NCBI GenBank assembly: GCA_030141605.1
Contig: JAQGDQ010000425.1
Span: forward strand, 124,001 to 188,000
Direction of reading: 5' to 3'
DNA: 64,000 bases
Source of the DNA: Tubiluchus corallicola
Taxonomy: Eukaryota; Animalia; Priapulida
Made by a program: the position numbers and the translations under genes. This document shows, in pieces, positions 29,961 to 43,885 of this stretch; the first letter of the stretch is position 1, and each line of letters opens with the position of its first letter. A model generated the notes under the pieces. The model was not told where the DNA came from. It saw only the letters and a program-made list of their open reading frames with translations, and searched no databases.

Positions 29961-31987
29961 TTAATTCTTCCAGAGTTGGTTTAAGATCTTTTAAGTTCAT
30001 GCAACATGCTAATATGCCTTACAAGCATTAGCCAATTAATGATAAAAAACTTGTCAACTTACTGTTGTACATCCGGGCTTTTCTAACAGACGCGTTTCTT
30101 CGTATTTTACTCATTATGAATTTTGACACTATATAAGCAGTTAAAAGATAATACCGAAACTTGTTTAAAAGTTAAAATGTTGTCCTTCTCTGTAATTAGA
30201 CGTTTCAACTTGCTAACTGTGCGCTTATATAAGATACGGAAAATGGTGTAAAAACTCCAAGAATCTTCTGAATACACGTATATATACTTCGTCTTAGGAA
30301 CGAACAGTACTGTAACACACGTAATGCAGTAACACAGTTGTCTGCAACGTGCTAAAACTAACCACTTCACTTCACTATAATTCTAAGAAACATAGCCACA
30401 AAGGTGCACAATTCAAGTCAATGCTGAATTAATAATAACTAAATCGTTTCTACTATAAACTAATATGATGTAGTAACTCTCCAAAAGAATCAACTACATT
30501 CAAGCCAAAAACACATGTACACACACTGTCACTGAATTCGAAGCCACATAAATTGTTTGTACTTTGACTTACGTATAGTGCTGCGACAAAATTGAAAATT
30601 TGTTTATCTTTGTAAGTCAGCTTTCACAACACTGCCAGAGTTTCATGACAAATTCACGTAAACTGACCCTCGCGAACCGACACACACATCCGACTATTAT
30701 TTCAAACAGTGGCGGGTAATCTATAGTCTGTCGGATCACAGCAGCTCATGTGAAGAAAATTCAGCAACTCTGCACCGGCAATATTATTAATATAACACTA
30801 TAATCAAGAATTTAATATAGCTGCGTACAGAGAGACGTTTTCTATGGCACTGACGGCAGTCAATTCTGATAGCTCGCGTTTGAACTTCGTGTATTAATCC
30901 AGCGTTGTTGCGTAAAGTAAATAACTGCTTTATGATGACATGTTGCTAGAGCTTAACCGCCATTAACATGTACACGTGGGTCCATACTCTACAGCAGTAG
31001 CAAGGTTATCTGCGGGCGGATCTAAGTTCAAATCATGGAGTTCAGGGCACCACAAGTGGTAAGGTTATAAGCTAGCTTAATCCTACGTGAGACGCGTAGA
31101 GTTCACCGAATTTTCAACCACTGTTCAACACACCCCGCATGGTTGTAAAATGGCCGCCCACGTTCAAAATTCAAAACCAGATATTTTAAAAAAGTCGATT
31201 AGACTACCTTTTATTGTTGCTTAATATGTGTCCATTAAATGTTTAAGTCAGTAAGACTCACTCGCCCGAGGCTGACAAGTGAAATATGTTGAAATTATTT
31301 GCTACCGCAAGTGAAATAGGGTGCGCTGAATTTTGTAAAACCATTTATAAACTTGTTGAAATAGTTTAAAAAATTTGCTCCTCTTCTCAGCACAGCAGGG
31401 CCAGAAATTGTCCGCACTTTTCTCCCCAGAAATTTGTAGGAATGCGTAACATGTTTACGTAGTAAATATAAAGGTACTCTAAATGCATAGGCACTCGATC
31501 GCCATCTACACGCGATTTTTTAAGCTTGCACTAAGGTTTCGATGTTTTTATATTTTATAAGTGCCACCAAAATTGACAAATATTTGAGTTTTTTTAGTTT
31601 AAAATGCTTCAGCAGGTTCCATCGAAATATAACTCAGTATAAACACTGCCACATGACCGCACCACTGCTGTTCCTAGTAGACGCAAAGCATTTACATACA
31701 AAAGGTGATTAGAGCTGCAGTCTGCACTTAGTTGACCAGAAAGATGTACTTAAAATGCGTCGACATTCGACATCCTTAGATTAGCTCTCTTAGAGATCTC
31801 GTTGACTGGTACATTGATGCTACTAGTAAATCCCCTCTACTGCAACGCTTCTACAAAACACGATACACAGGATCCTGGAATTATATGCTGCACAAGAAGT
31901 GTAAGCCACACCGCAATCAGTCTCACTAATTGTCTTAGTAGCCAATGAAGGCGGTGGCATAACCAAGCAAAATGCGTATAACATATA

Positions 31988-32488
31988 TAGGGTGTCTCAA
32001 AAATCACTACACACTTTGATTTCGAATTTCCGTCCTAAAATTTTCTTTAATCATAGCAAGCTTTTACATAAATCAAAAGGGGCTTTGACAATTTTGTCCA
32101 TTTACTTTTTGTCTGGAACTACGTTGCTGTGATGGCGACAATAATGTTAGAAATAAGGTGTAAAATCAGCCTGGCATGAAGCCCTTCGATCACCAACTGG
32201 AGTTTAGCAGGCTCCCTTTCCCACCACTCATTGGTTGTGAGACACACTGAACGCAAAGGTGCCCGAGTTGCCACTGTTTGGCACTCCGAAGCTCTTGAGG
32301 TTCCTGAAGGAAGGAATGAAAATAGCAAAGCCTACTGGTACAGTAGTTCTTTTTAGAAATTCGTCTAATTTGATTAAAAGAACTACTGAAGGGTTTTGTT
32401 TCTCTGTACCAATTTTCAAACATTCTACTTTGTTTATTAAAAAAAATATGGAAAATGTATAGTGTATAGTGACTTCTGAGCTACCCTG
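31988..32488. mobile_element. Tc1/mariner-type MITE (~500 bp) with ~28-bp TIRs and TA target-site duplication
   Basis: Left end ta|tagggtgtctcaaaaatcactacacact versus reverse complement of the right end ta|cagggtagctcagaagtcactatacact. Confidence 0.8.
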
Positions 32489-34966
32489 TATGTAACTAAA
32501 ACACTTGTAAAAATTTGTACAATTCATTAAAAAGTCAAAACTTTAGACTTTGCGAGTATAAATTCACTTTATAATAATGTATTGCTTACTAAACTGTTAG
32601 AGAGTTGTTGTATCACTACTGTTCTTTTAGAACTAATTACTCAGATTGCACTGAATACAGAATAATAGCAAACGCTACTGGCTGGCTGGCTGGCTGAGTA
32701 ATATACTTCTATTTACACGAGCCTAGCGTTTTACAAAATACCGCCTGTGAATAATAGCTGTGATGCCAACGAAGCCAAATGGCAGACATCTACAATCATG
32801 TGGGATTCATAGACCCACAACCAATTGATATTACCGCCCAGAGAATAATCCAATTTCTCCAACGTTGAAATATTAATAAATCTGTAATAACATGAATCGA
32901 GCAATAATAACAGCAGCACGGTGAAGCAGGGAGCTCTACACTGCAGAGCCTAAATGGACATCCAGACTTTTCTAGGTCATGGCACGCAGCCAGGCGGTAC
33001 TTAATGAAGCCAGTGAGAGGATCGAGAGCAGCTGATCATGACTGATTCACAATGCCAATTACACTTGTCTGGCTTCATGTAATTAGCCTCAATATGAAAT
33101 AAACTGCACAGAATAACAAACACACCAAAATGGTGTAGGTACCATTTCTACACTCTATTATAGTACAACGTATAAAAGCGGTATATTAAATGTTTGAAGC
33201 GAGGCTACAGCTGCGCGGTCTTGGCTTACAGACTGCAGTTAAGCAGCACGAAGACTGGTCAGTGAATGGATAGCTGACCTCGGGTTTCGCCACTCTCACT
33301 GGTATTTTTCGCTCGTCATGCTGATTCAAGTTGTTCATTTTCTTGAGTGCGATGTGCTCACTGCTAAACGTAGCTCACTTCAGTGCGTCATCTTAGTGGA
33401 TTGTCCTTTCTAACGAGTCAGATTCAGTTCTGCCATTCCTACTAAGTAAACATTGCCACTGAGTGAACCATTATGGTGCACCGAATTTTATATAAAGCAC
33501 AAATAATTTAAAAACATAGACACTATGTCCACAGAGAAGGTTTTCTATAGCACTCTATAGTAAAGAAGCAGCTCACAAGTAATGTGCTCATTTTTCAACT
33601 GCAAGGTCACAGGTTCGATTCCATCAAAGACATTATAAATTGTGCCTACTATTGTTCGCAAGGAATATGCGCCATGCAAAATTCTGGTAAGGCACCAGCA
33701 ATTATTTGGAAGAGTATACAAGTGTCATGTACACATACATAAGCAAGAGTTAGGCTGTTTGAGATATTATTCTATAATATTTAACTAACATTTGACAGCT
33801 ATTATCTACGATCCACCGAGGCATGTGATTCTTTAACTGGGTTCTTTAAAACACACTGCATGTGTTAATATGAATTTATCACGGACGGAAGACTTATATT
33901 ACAACAAGACTGAAAATTCAGCCACCAGGGTGCAGCTTCAATCAGCATTATTGCGCGCTTAATCGCGTGTGTTTTTCGTGTATATAAAGGGTACAGTTTA
34001 TAAACTTTGCTCATAAAAACGCAACTCCCAACCCCCTCTCTTACCACCAACGTAGAGCCGCCCCACGCAGAATTTATATATTAAATATTTATTTAATAAA
34101 TGATATCCAGACGTATGATCCAGGCTCTAGCGTGCATGTAAGAGTCATTAATTCAACCCATCCTTCCATTAATTAATTAGCAGCAACAGAGAGAGCCGGA
34201 AACGGAAAGAATATGCCGAAGTCAAAAACGAAGGAAGGCCGGGAAGCAAAGGGAGAGATATCAAATCAATGTAAACATACTAAGCCGGTAAACATACACA
34301 TTCAGGACACACGATATCTGGACGTCCCACAATGCACCTAAATTAGATCATGGCCACGTCCTTCACGCAGAGCAAAGTTGTGGGGAGTGAAAGTTCACGA
34401 GCGAAGGTAGAGAAAATAGTCAACTAGACCAATATATATTATAAACAAATGTATCTTGATTGAAATGAATTTAAGAACCTTACTAAATCAAACTTTTGTT
34501 TTTCTGCACACGGCCTCAATTAACACACCTGTAGGGAGCCAACAATGTCGCTAGCACCACCCTGCACTATCGGATAACCGGACAAGCCACATCGCCTTAA
34601 CCATGACATAGTACATTATTAAGTAAAACTCTAATTATTAATTAATAAGCATCAATTATTTTTTAAACAAAACTCTTTCAGCACTCTTTTTAGTCACTAG
34701 ACAAAATTGCATGAAATCCATGCACATAGAAACCACTAATGATCAAGCATCATTTGCTTTCTAGAAACAGTTTGCATTGTGGCTAAAAAGTGTGAGAAAA
34801 TTGTGTGGAAAATTACTTCAGTATCTTCAAAATTTCTGACTTGACATTTAATAATAAACTAACACAGAAAACTAATTTTCTAAGCCACATTTGAGAAAAA
34901 AATGAGCAGAAAAAATCAGACATTACTGAAATTTTGGTTATAAATAGTTACAGTAGACTCAGTCAT

Positions 34967-35100
34967 AACACAGGAAAAAAGTCACAATTAATTTCAGCTG
35001 GGGTTAAGGTTAGAGTTGGGGTTAGGGGTTAGTGTTAGGATTTGCGTTAGGGTTTAGGTTATTTCTTTTTCCTTCACCTTTTCCCCGTGATTTTTTTAAC
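34967..35100. repeat. Second TTAGGG-like array with inverted flanks
   Basis: aaaaaagtcac ... (ggttag)-like array at 35000-35060 ... gtgattttttt. Confidence 0.55.
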
Positions 35101-35408
35101 ATGGATTCGTTATAAATGGGCCAGAAAGATCTTGGTATAATTATACTTCGCTTCTTGGTTTGCGAATTGTTCAAAACTTCAAGAAAAAGGTTGGAGCTAT
35201 TAACTTGCCTGCAGCCACTGGAAAGCCCATTTATTCTCGGTTCACAAATTTCACATCTGGATTTTGTATCCGGAAATTGTTTAGAAAACTTCACCACCTC
35301 TTGAGAATATCCGGCGATCCCAGCAGAGAAGCGGGATGATTGAAGTATGTAGAAACGGTAGCTGAAGGCTAGCGTATTGCCTAAAGTCGTGCTGACACGT
35401 ACAGCACT

Positions 35409-35800
35409 ACGGCAACGGCAAAAGTGACAGTAGACTAGAGCAAGAGCGCACTGATATGCACGGCTACGCCTTATGGCCTGCAACGAAAGTAAAGTAACTG
35501 CAAATTATAGTAAAGGGGTGCTACCGTGAATACGACAATAGAGCTGCCGCAACGGCAACGGCAAAGTGACAGTAGATTAGTGTATGAGCGCACTGATATA
35601 CACAGCTACGCCTTATGGAATGCAGCGAGAGTAAAGCGACTGCAAATTATACTAAAGGGGGTGCACATGAATGCGACAATAAGGATACCGCAACGGCAAC
35701 AGCAAAGTGACAGTAGACTAGTGTAAAAGGACACTGATATATACGGGTACGGGTACGGATACTGGTATGCAGTAAAATGCGTATAGCGACTACAACCTAT
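35409..35800. repeat. ~142-bp tandem repeat, about 2.7 diverged copies
   Basis: acggcaac(g/a)gcaaa(a)gtgacagtaga recurs at 35409, 35552 and 35693. Confidence 0.85.
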
Positions 35801-36799
35801 ACAAACTGGTTAATGGATGCGTAAACGAAAAACAGCAACATGGCAATGGCAAAAGCGTTACGGACTACCGTAAGCACACTAACATGCACATGACAATGGT
35901 ATGGCAAAATCTTGTTTACTGATTAATATGGCAATAATAATATTCCAACAAAAAAAAAGAGTTACAGACTATTGCGTAAGTTATGCCAGCAAACAAGCCA
36001 CCAAAATTTATTTGAGACTAAGATATCCATAAAATGCGTGTAGATGCACTAACAGTACACAAAAAGGCAATGCAACAACAGTAAAATGGTTGCGGATTAG
36101 TGCAAGGGATTATGGGTGCCCTAACAATGTGTACAAGAACAATAACAACAATGGCAACGGCGTTGCAATATCCAGTTGAATAAGCAAGTACAGTTTATCC
36201 AGACGAGACTGAGACCGCTGGTTAGAAAAGCACAAAGAAAGACGAGGAAACCGCAAGCACGCATATTTATAATCAATCCCAGCAATAGCATATAATGAGA
36301 AAACTTCCCACTGCAGCACATTAATATACATCTATTCATAGTCGGTGCGGAACTGTTTCTCATGAAATGCCAATTACTTCTGCAGGTCGGCAGGAAATCA
36401 GATTGCATGACTGTTATAATCTTTGCTGCCTGTCACAAGTGTTCTATATACGTCCATATTTACATATACCAGTAAATATTTCACATATTGCCATTTGATT
36501 TGTTACTTTAAGAAATTAAGGTTCATAAATTTTATGTAAAAACACGTCAACTAATTTAACTAGAAGTCACAAACCCGAATTTTATTCACTGTATTTATTT
36601 CATGTGCTTGTAAAATGGGTTAGTAAGTTTATGCTACGCTGATTTTCATTACATGCAAAGGACATTAGTCCATAAGGGACTATTCGATCAACTAAAATTA
36701 TAACAATCACAAATTATAAAAGCTTAATTATGACTTACAGCAATTCTAGAATTACGCTTTTCCTAAAAGAATAAAAAGATCAGTTCACAGGTAGAATAA

Positions 36800-37130
36800 T
36801 AAAACAACGTTTGTAAATATTTCTTGACTTTGCGGGAAAAAACAGCACGTTTCTAGTTATCATTAGTAAGGTCATTCCAAAGTTTGAATACCCATATATT
36901 AATGAATTTAATCCATTTCTTGTAGGTTTGACTAACGGGATTTTTAATTTCAAATCGCGTTTTTCAAGAATATATTGTGTTCCTTTCTCATACATTTGGC
37001 ATCAGAGGGATTTATGTTATGGACTGATTTATAAACTTCTTTAAGCAAGTCTTATTCATACATAGTAATTGTACTTAGCACTTTCATGTTTTTTAGCAAT
37101 GTTATTTATATTGAATTAAAGTCGGCACTT
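36800..37130 (-). mobile_element. CR1-like LINE 3' relic (frameshifted)
   Basis: LKLKIPLVKPTRNGLNSLIY resembles the L.IP.V.TT.YGLNSL.Y motif of LINE ORF2 C-termini. Confidence 0.5.
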
Positions 37131-38457
37131 AATACTTTAGTTTGAATAAAATGTGGCCAAAATTAAAAAATTCAAACTTTACTCATTGTGCGGATATTAG
37201 AAATGTAAAATTTAATTGTTGTAACCAGCAGGTACCTCTATGCCTGTTATAGATTTATCGGCCACGTATGCCTGGTCCTTAAGAGCCTATAAACCATGGA
37301 AAATTTATTTTTATCGACGCTGAGGAATGAATCGATGGAAAGTGCTTTTTAAATGTTTTTAACAGATAACAGGCAGTATAAACAGGGATATAAAAAGCTT
37401 GGCTGGATAGCTGATATCACCATACCACATGAGGTAGAGTTAGCTATCAGGAGTAGTATTTTGGCAGAAGCAGAAATGTTGTTCTTAACTTTCACAAGTA
37501 TATAACCCAAGGTTAACTTGGTTGTTGCCCACTGCGCTTGAGATATCAAACACTTAAACAGCAGCACAATTGTTTTCTTGGCATTACTGTTTCATGTTGT
37601 TGTTGACGTCATTGTCGCCATTGCCAGAAATCAAATTGCCTGGCTACTGTTACCATGGAATTACTGATTTCGTCTTGTTGTAGGCGTCACTGTAGTCAAT
37701 GCCGTCGGCAGTTGTCGCAGCTTCTGTTGTGATCGGCCAAAGTTGCAATTACTTTAGCTTTGTTAACTCATTTAAACAAATTCAAGATGCTTGCAGATGC
37801 ATGTTGACAATGTGAGAAAGTATTTTTGGACCTTGGACGGATACGTAGCATTTGCCTAGGACGCAAAAACACAAGGTGGCTCAAGCTGGCAAGCAGACCA
37901 CCACTATATAGTAAATGTTAAAGAAAACAGCATCTTACAAAAACTTAGGGTATACCTCGCTTAAATATTCAGTATAATTACAGCCATGATAATTGTATTG
38001 TTCAAGTGAGAAACAAAATACAAAAGGCGTCTTTATGAACCTCTTTATAAAGAATATAGATTGTAGATCAAATAAGGCTATTTGAATATAATAGTTTTTT
38101 GGAACTTAAAAAAGTTAATCATAAGATTACCTCAAGACCATCTAAACAACTGATTGAAATAAACAACCTTGAATCTTGAAAAAAAACAATTGATAAATAA
38201 ATTTTGTATTATTTAACCCTAACCCTAATTGGTCTCAGAAAAACTTCAGGGATTTCTGAGTTTGTTAAATCAAAACTGGACCCAATCCTTGGTCAAAACA
38301 ATGTACTCTTTAAAATACTGAAAGGAAACATAATTTTTTTTTCAAAAATGACATACGTGAAAGAATTATTACCACACAAACACAATTTCGCATTTGTGCG
38401 ACTAGTTCCTCGCTGTTACATGCATTTCGCCATTCACTAGTTAGGCGGGCACAAGCC

Positions 38458-38880
38458 CCTGCATTTCGGAAACGCATTGCAGAAAAAACAGGTGCTGTAC
38501 CTCTCAGTTTAAATGTGTTTGTTTCTTACGAACCACACACGTTCGATAGCTCATGCGTGAGCACAGCGGCAAATTCGAAATCTTAAATTTGAATTTTTAT
38601 CTAAAGACTTACCTTGTTTTAGTCCTACGCATTGAATATCTTACAGTAGCACTGTACTTCAATTTTCGCTTTGGTAAACACGCGCAACACCCTTGTGGAA
38701 CATTTTTGCTGTTTAAAATTACGTTAGTTGTGATGTCATCAATAGTTGTGCTCGGCCTCCGTTAACTAAGGTTTTAATCTATTATTTAACTATCAGAAAC
38801 GCTTTTGCAGTATTAATTGTGTTAAAATTATCGGACTTGAAAATAGGGTGATATATGAACATCATCCTGGCTTCCTTTAA
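38458..38880 (-). mobile_element. Inverted copy of the 18288-18660 element, ending CCTTTAA
   Basis: See 18288-18660; terminus catcatcctggcttcctttaa. Confidence 0.75.
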
Positions 38881-39452
38881 GCCCTAAAAACCGAGTTAAA
38901 ACTTTTGCAGAGGCTCCTGCTATAATTATCAAAACCGACTTCTACAAAATTGAAGTTTCTATTATAACATTATTAGGTTCACAGTTCGTACTTTGCGTGT
39001 ACGGTGGTTGGCACTACCTAATTTCTTGTGTGCAACACTAATGTCAGCTATACAGCAACGCTGGGAAGAATTGAGATTGCTGGTTGTATAGGTGAACACC
39101 AATGATTTATGTGTTTAATACATTTCCTGGCGTGGGGGTCTCGTAAATAAGATCTGTCTGATTCAAGACAAAATCATTTCAACGGCATTAGTCAGCTTCT
39201 TAACATAAACACTGGAGAGAACAGGAGCTTTCTCAACTTGCAAAGGAATTCCTTCAATGTCGAAATGTCGATATGAAAATAGATTATATAATCTGTTGGT
39301 GTTTAAACTATAGCATTCAACAGCTCTCTGATCGTCAAGATCACTTGTTAGGCAGTAGTAACGATTTTCAGAATGTAATATAATAGATTTCGTAAACAAT
39401 CGCATACTTTAGGAGAGCTGCCACAAGAAAGAGCTGTTTTTTGAGCATCTTA

Positions 39453-39714
39453 TGCATACGCTTAGCTCTACTGACCTTGACCTCTGACATGAATATTTGC
39501 ATACGCTTAACTCTACTGACCTTGACCTCTGACATGAATATTTGCATACACTTAACTCTACTGACGTTAACCTCTGACATGAATATTTGCATACGCTTAG
39601 CTCTACTGACCTTGACCTCTGACATGAATATTTTGCATACGCTTAACTCTACTGACGTTAACCTCTGACATTAATATTTGCATACGCTTAGCTCTACTGG
39701 CCTTGACCTCTGAC
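39453..39714. repeat. 45-bp minisatellite, ~5.8 copies
   Basis: Unit tgcatacgcttagctctactgaccttgacctctgacatgaatatt; gives a 15-aa period in overlapping ORFs. Confidence 0.95.
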
Positions 39715-41066
39715 GTGGAGATCAGCTAAACAGGCTCTGAGTTCTGACCAGAACTGATCACCTAAAAATTCTTCTCGTGTAGCTACAGTGGACCTGCGAG
39801 TTCACCATGTTTGGGAGATTTAACAGTCAAAGATTTTACACGTGAATTACAAGTTCTAAACACTATCAAAGATTGATGACCCTGACCTTTCAATTACGCT
39901 AAAATACGCCCATCACTAACAATAATGCAACACAAACAGCTGCAGGTCGGACCAGTTTTACACTTCAGCACAATGCAAGCTGGAATACAGCATTCAGGGC
40001 TTACTCAACGAAATATTTGTCGCGTGACTGGAGTCTGACTCACCATCATGAGCCACTGTACCAGCAGAGGGCTCTCAACCAAGTTCAGATATATATACAC
40101 CCCCGTTTAAGAATATCAGGCAAACAGCCAAGGATTACAACGCCCAGAGGGAGCATGGAGCCCATGATGGCGAGGCAAACAAAGAGTGCGTGTCTATCCA
40201 TTCCAGCCAACCCATCTAAACCACAAACTAATAGTATAATAGTAGCTAGGCGAAATTTCTCCAAAGCCTGGATATAACTTTTAAACGTTTTGGTCAACTT
40301 CTAGCTTTCGAAAAGGACATCTATATATAGACTTCTTTGTTACACAGTTAATCGGAGTAATTAATTGGCTTCTCTCCTTTCTCGTCAAAATCAATGAGAA
40401 GAGGAACAAAAAAACTGATACTTTCTGAGATAAACATCTATAAATTGGCAGTTAGCGAAAACATAAACAGTATTCATTTTCCTGCCACGTGCAGAAGCCA
40501 ATAAAGGTAGTTCTTTTATGGCACTTAATATGAGCTGCCAGCTCGTCAGCAATGAAGCCACACATATTGGATCTTCTACACTATACAACAAGCTTTCAAA
40601 GGTTTGCAACTTACAAGTACTTTTATTTTGCTGTTTGCATTGTATGCAAATCCTACATAGATGACTTTTGTAGTATTTTAAATAGGTCATATTGTCCAAG
40701 TTGTTAATGTTGTCAGTTTTTGTTGACTATAAATTCACAAGTTTTGAATGGACTTCCAGCACTATCTTGCCCAAAAGTAAACTGGTTACCTTTTGCAGAC
40801 TTTAACCAGTAACAGCTATAGTTACAATGCAAACACACCGCTCATGCCTTGCCATTTGACAGCAAAATTGATACAGTTTTAAAATTCGAAAAGACTTTCT
40901 GGTGTGTTACAAAAACCAAATGTCTGGATAATGGAAAGGCAGTACAAGGTGATACTGGCAACGGCAGCGGTAGCAGCAAAACCAAATATGATTCAAACAC
41001 AACGTGGTAAAGGAAAATGCAGAATTAATTTAAAATCGACAATTTGATAACACGAACCGTACTTAC

Positions 41067-41718
41067 CACTGCACTTCCGGTCAGCTTCTTTCTCTATTTC
41101 CTGCCTGTGAAGCTTGAAGGAAGCCTTGAAACTCAAGCTTTTGGATCCACGATTTCCTGCCTTTTCAACATGTTCATTAGCACTTCTGGCAACACCACTA
41201 TTCTTATTATCGTTTTCCAGTTTTGGTGTGGTGTCGTGTTTTTGCTCTAAATGATCAGATGTCCTTTTAGCATCAGCCACCTTATCGTAGACACCAGACA
41301 TTGTTTTCGCTTCAATGGACTTTTCGGCTTTGGTCCCTTTTTCATCACAGCTGTCATCAGACTGACGTCCAGACGTCCTCTTTTTACTGCTTCGTTCTTT
41401 ATCCGTCTTTTTGGAGATCCGTTTCCCATCTACGTTTTCTAGCGGTGGCTTGCCATACACTTTTTCACATTCTTTGACGCTGCTCTTGGTACTAAATGTG
41501 TTCTTTACGACTGCAGGCTCAACGTCGGTCTTACCAAAAGTCGCAAATGTGGTTTTGCACTCGACTTTCTCATACTGCTCCTTGGACTTATCACGGCGCG
41601 GCCTTAACCGTTCATATATCTTACTTTTTCCGTCTCCACCGGATTTCCTCTTCGCTTTGCCGTCACCGGTTTCCGCGTCGGAGTTTGCAACGAACTCCAT
41701 CTGCGCACCGTCGGCCAT
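41067..41718 (-). CDS. SRGAP: Probable alternative first coding exon of srGAP encoding a 217-aa Lys/Ser/Asp/Glu-rich N-terminal extension
   Basis: gacaaaATGG start after an in-frame upstream TAG; 652 nt open; ends TGC AGT G|gtaagt in phase 1, joining exon 2 as ...EIEKEADRKCS-DIRLQL. Confidence 0.7.
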
Positions 41719-42804
41719 TTTGTCAATAGCTTTTGTAATGTCACACGAGTTCAATGACTAGACATGTAGACATGTACACTATAGTGCTTGGTCCCACTTC
41801 ACAAATGACACTTTACAGGACGTGAAAGGCGGATGGGCTGGGCACTTCCGCTTGGGAATTCATTTCTGCAGCGGGTTGAATATGAGGAAATGATCACGGT
41901 TTTACCATGTACCAGATAATCTAAGTCAAGAACCTGAGAACAGGGCTGTGACAAAACAACTGCATCTAAGCTAAGCGATATTAAATACGTGTAGCTGCAC
42001 CCATATACACTCAAAGCGGACACATCACACACTCTTACACTCACCAAGCCAACTGAGTCACCATCATCAGCATGATCAGGTCCAAAACAAGCCGTCTCAC
42101 TAGTGCAAGTGAACGCACACGCTGCCATGCATCATGATGGAGCATCAAAGCATGCGAATCACACACAGTGCAAAAACCCTCACGAGGGGCGAGTACAAAT
42201 CATAAACTCAGCTTAGAAGCCTGAACGAGATCCGGTTTTCTTTTGCAAACTTTTTGCCGCTAGACGCGTACTACAGAAATTAGAAAATGGCTTAAATAGC
42301 GTTGCAATGCAAGAATGGAATGAATTACTATAATAACTATTTGACTAGCATGCAGTAGCGTTATTCCCAAAAATGATGGTGGTTACAGATTTTTGGGGTG
42401 ACCCGAAAATTAAAAAAAAAACAGCTGCTAATATTCGGATAGTTTACTTATATTTATACAAAAATGTTTGTCTTAAATTTCGTAAAGGCTGCAAAGACAA
42501 TGTACTATTTTTTACTATTTGATATGAAAAGCTGTTGATCACTAGTATATAACAGCAGTTGCAGTACTCTGCCTAGGCAATTCTCTGTTTTAAACACGTG
42601 AAATAACACAGCAGGAAAGTTCTAAACATGTCACACTCGACGATAGGCAAGCTGCCTGATTGTACAGAAGCCACCAAGAAAAATGTAAATATCAACAATA
42701 ATCACAAACCAATCTGCTAATATTTCACCAACAACTATAAGAACAGGCTGTAATATCCCAATATCTAGGTTAGTGGGTCAAATAGGTTGTACGGATCGCA
42801 GCGA

Positions 42805-42860
42805 AAAGAAAACAGCAATGGTCCTAGCACTGAGCCTTGTACTGACCCACATAAAATATG
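42805..42860 (-). mobile_element. LINE reverse-transcriptase motif relic
   Basis: Translates ILCGSVQGSVLGPLLFS, compare the RT motif GVPQGSVLGPLLF. Confidence 0.65.
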
Positions 42861-43759
42861 TAGAGAAATTTGAGAAAACGTTAATTACTACTATTAATCA
42901 CTAATTAGTCGGCCAACATTTTAGAAAGGTGGTAGGCAGCAGCCTAGACTGCACTTATCAAAATAAACTTTCGAAAACCATGCATTTGTAAAGAAACAAA
43001 AACAACAAATAACAACTACTAAGTGCTAATTGCAGCGCATCAAACTTAGTGTCAAAGTGTCTTATATGAATTGAAAACGTCTGTCAACTAATCCGACTTT
43101 ACAAAGAATGCAATTGTTGCAAAAACCGTATTGTTATACTAACGGAACTTTAATACACGCAATGACACTCCAGCAAACTATAATATAACAACGTTTCCGT
43201 ATATTTTCTGGCTGCATTTCAAACGAAGAGCTACCAGTCTTCAGAGCAGAGATAAGTTTGCATATCATTGTCTACTATAATCACAACACAGATCGGTTGT
43301 TCCAGCACCGTGTTAAAGCGATAAACCTACACGCACAAAAAGCTAAGTTTGTTCACTGTCGAGAAACGTCTCTAATCTAAAGAACTCCCATGTAGGCTTC
43401 GAATCATGTTTAAAAGAACGGTTTAACGAACTCCAGTCAGTCGTTTTTGCCACATTCTCAGTCCAGGACTTCACAGACAGTGGATGTAACTTAACGCCAT
43501 AAAATGTGCAGTTAGCACAACTTTGCTAAATACCTCACTCAGGGCAGTAATTATATACCCAGCCAATTAACTCTCAGTGTACCCAATAAACAGTGCTCCC
43601 TCATTGCTGACTAGCATGGTTTTAAGGAAAATAAAACCCAGCCGTCTACCTTGCTGAACAACAGATTAAGAAAAATGAACGAACCAGTAAAAAATACATA
43701 AATTATCAGAGTGGATGGATGCAGAGAAGGTAAAAGGGAAGGTATTGTGAATGACGAAT

Positions 43760-43885
43760 GGAAGCAGACAGACAGACGAATATACAAATAAATGAATAAA
43801 TAATGAAATATTTTGATAAATAAATGAATAACTGAATGAATGAACGAACGAATAGATGAATGGATGAATGAATGAATGGATGGAC
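43760..43885. repeat. Degenerate (TGAA/TAAA/TGGA)n microsatellite
   Basis: Direct reading; explains the F/I/H-rich ORFs at 43611-44040. Confidence 0.8.

Noticed and set aside
35022-35483. 153-aa minus-strand ORF
   Set aside because: Spans the 142-bp tandem repeat and the TTAGGG-like array, has a non-ATG start and no recognisable family.
39368-39714. Repeat array as CRISPR or repeat protein
   Set aside because: Contiguous 45-bp units with no unique spacers, no cas genes, and a eukaryotic context.
40039-40201. 38-aa hydrophobic minus-strand ORF (MDRHALFVCLAIMGSMLPLGVVILGCL...) followed by a gtgagt donor, as a membrane-anchored srGAP N-terminus
   Set aside because: The ORF stops at 40085 before the donor, and the phase-1 frame into the donor is closed by TGA with no later ATG. 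At most a non-coding exon or uORF.
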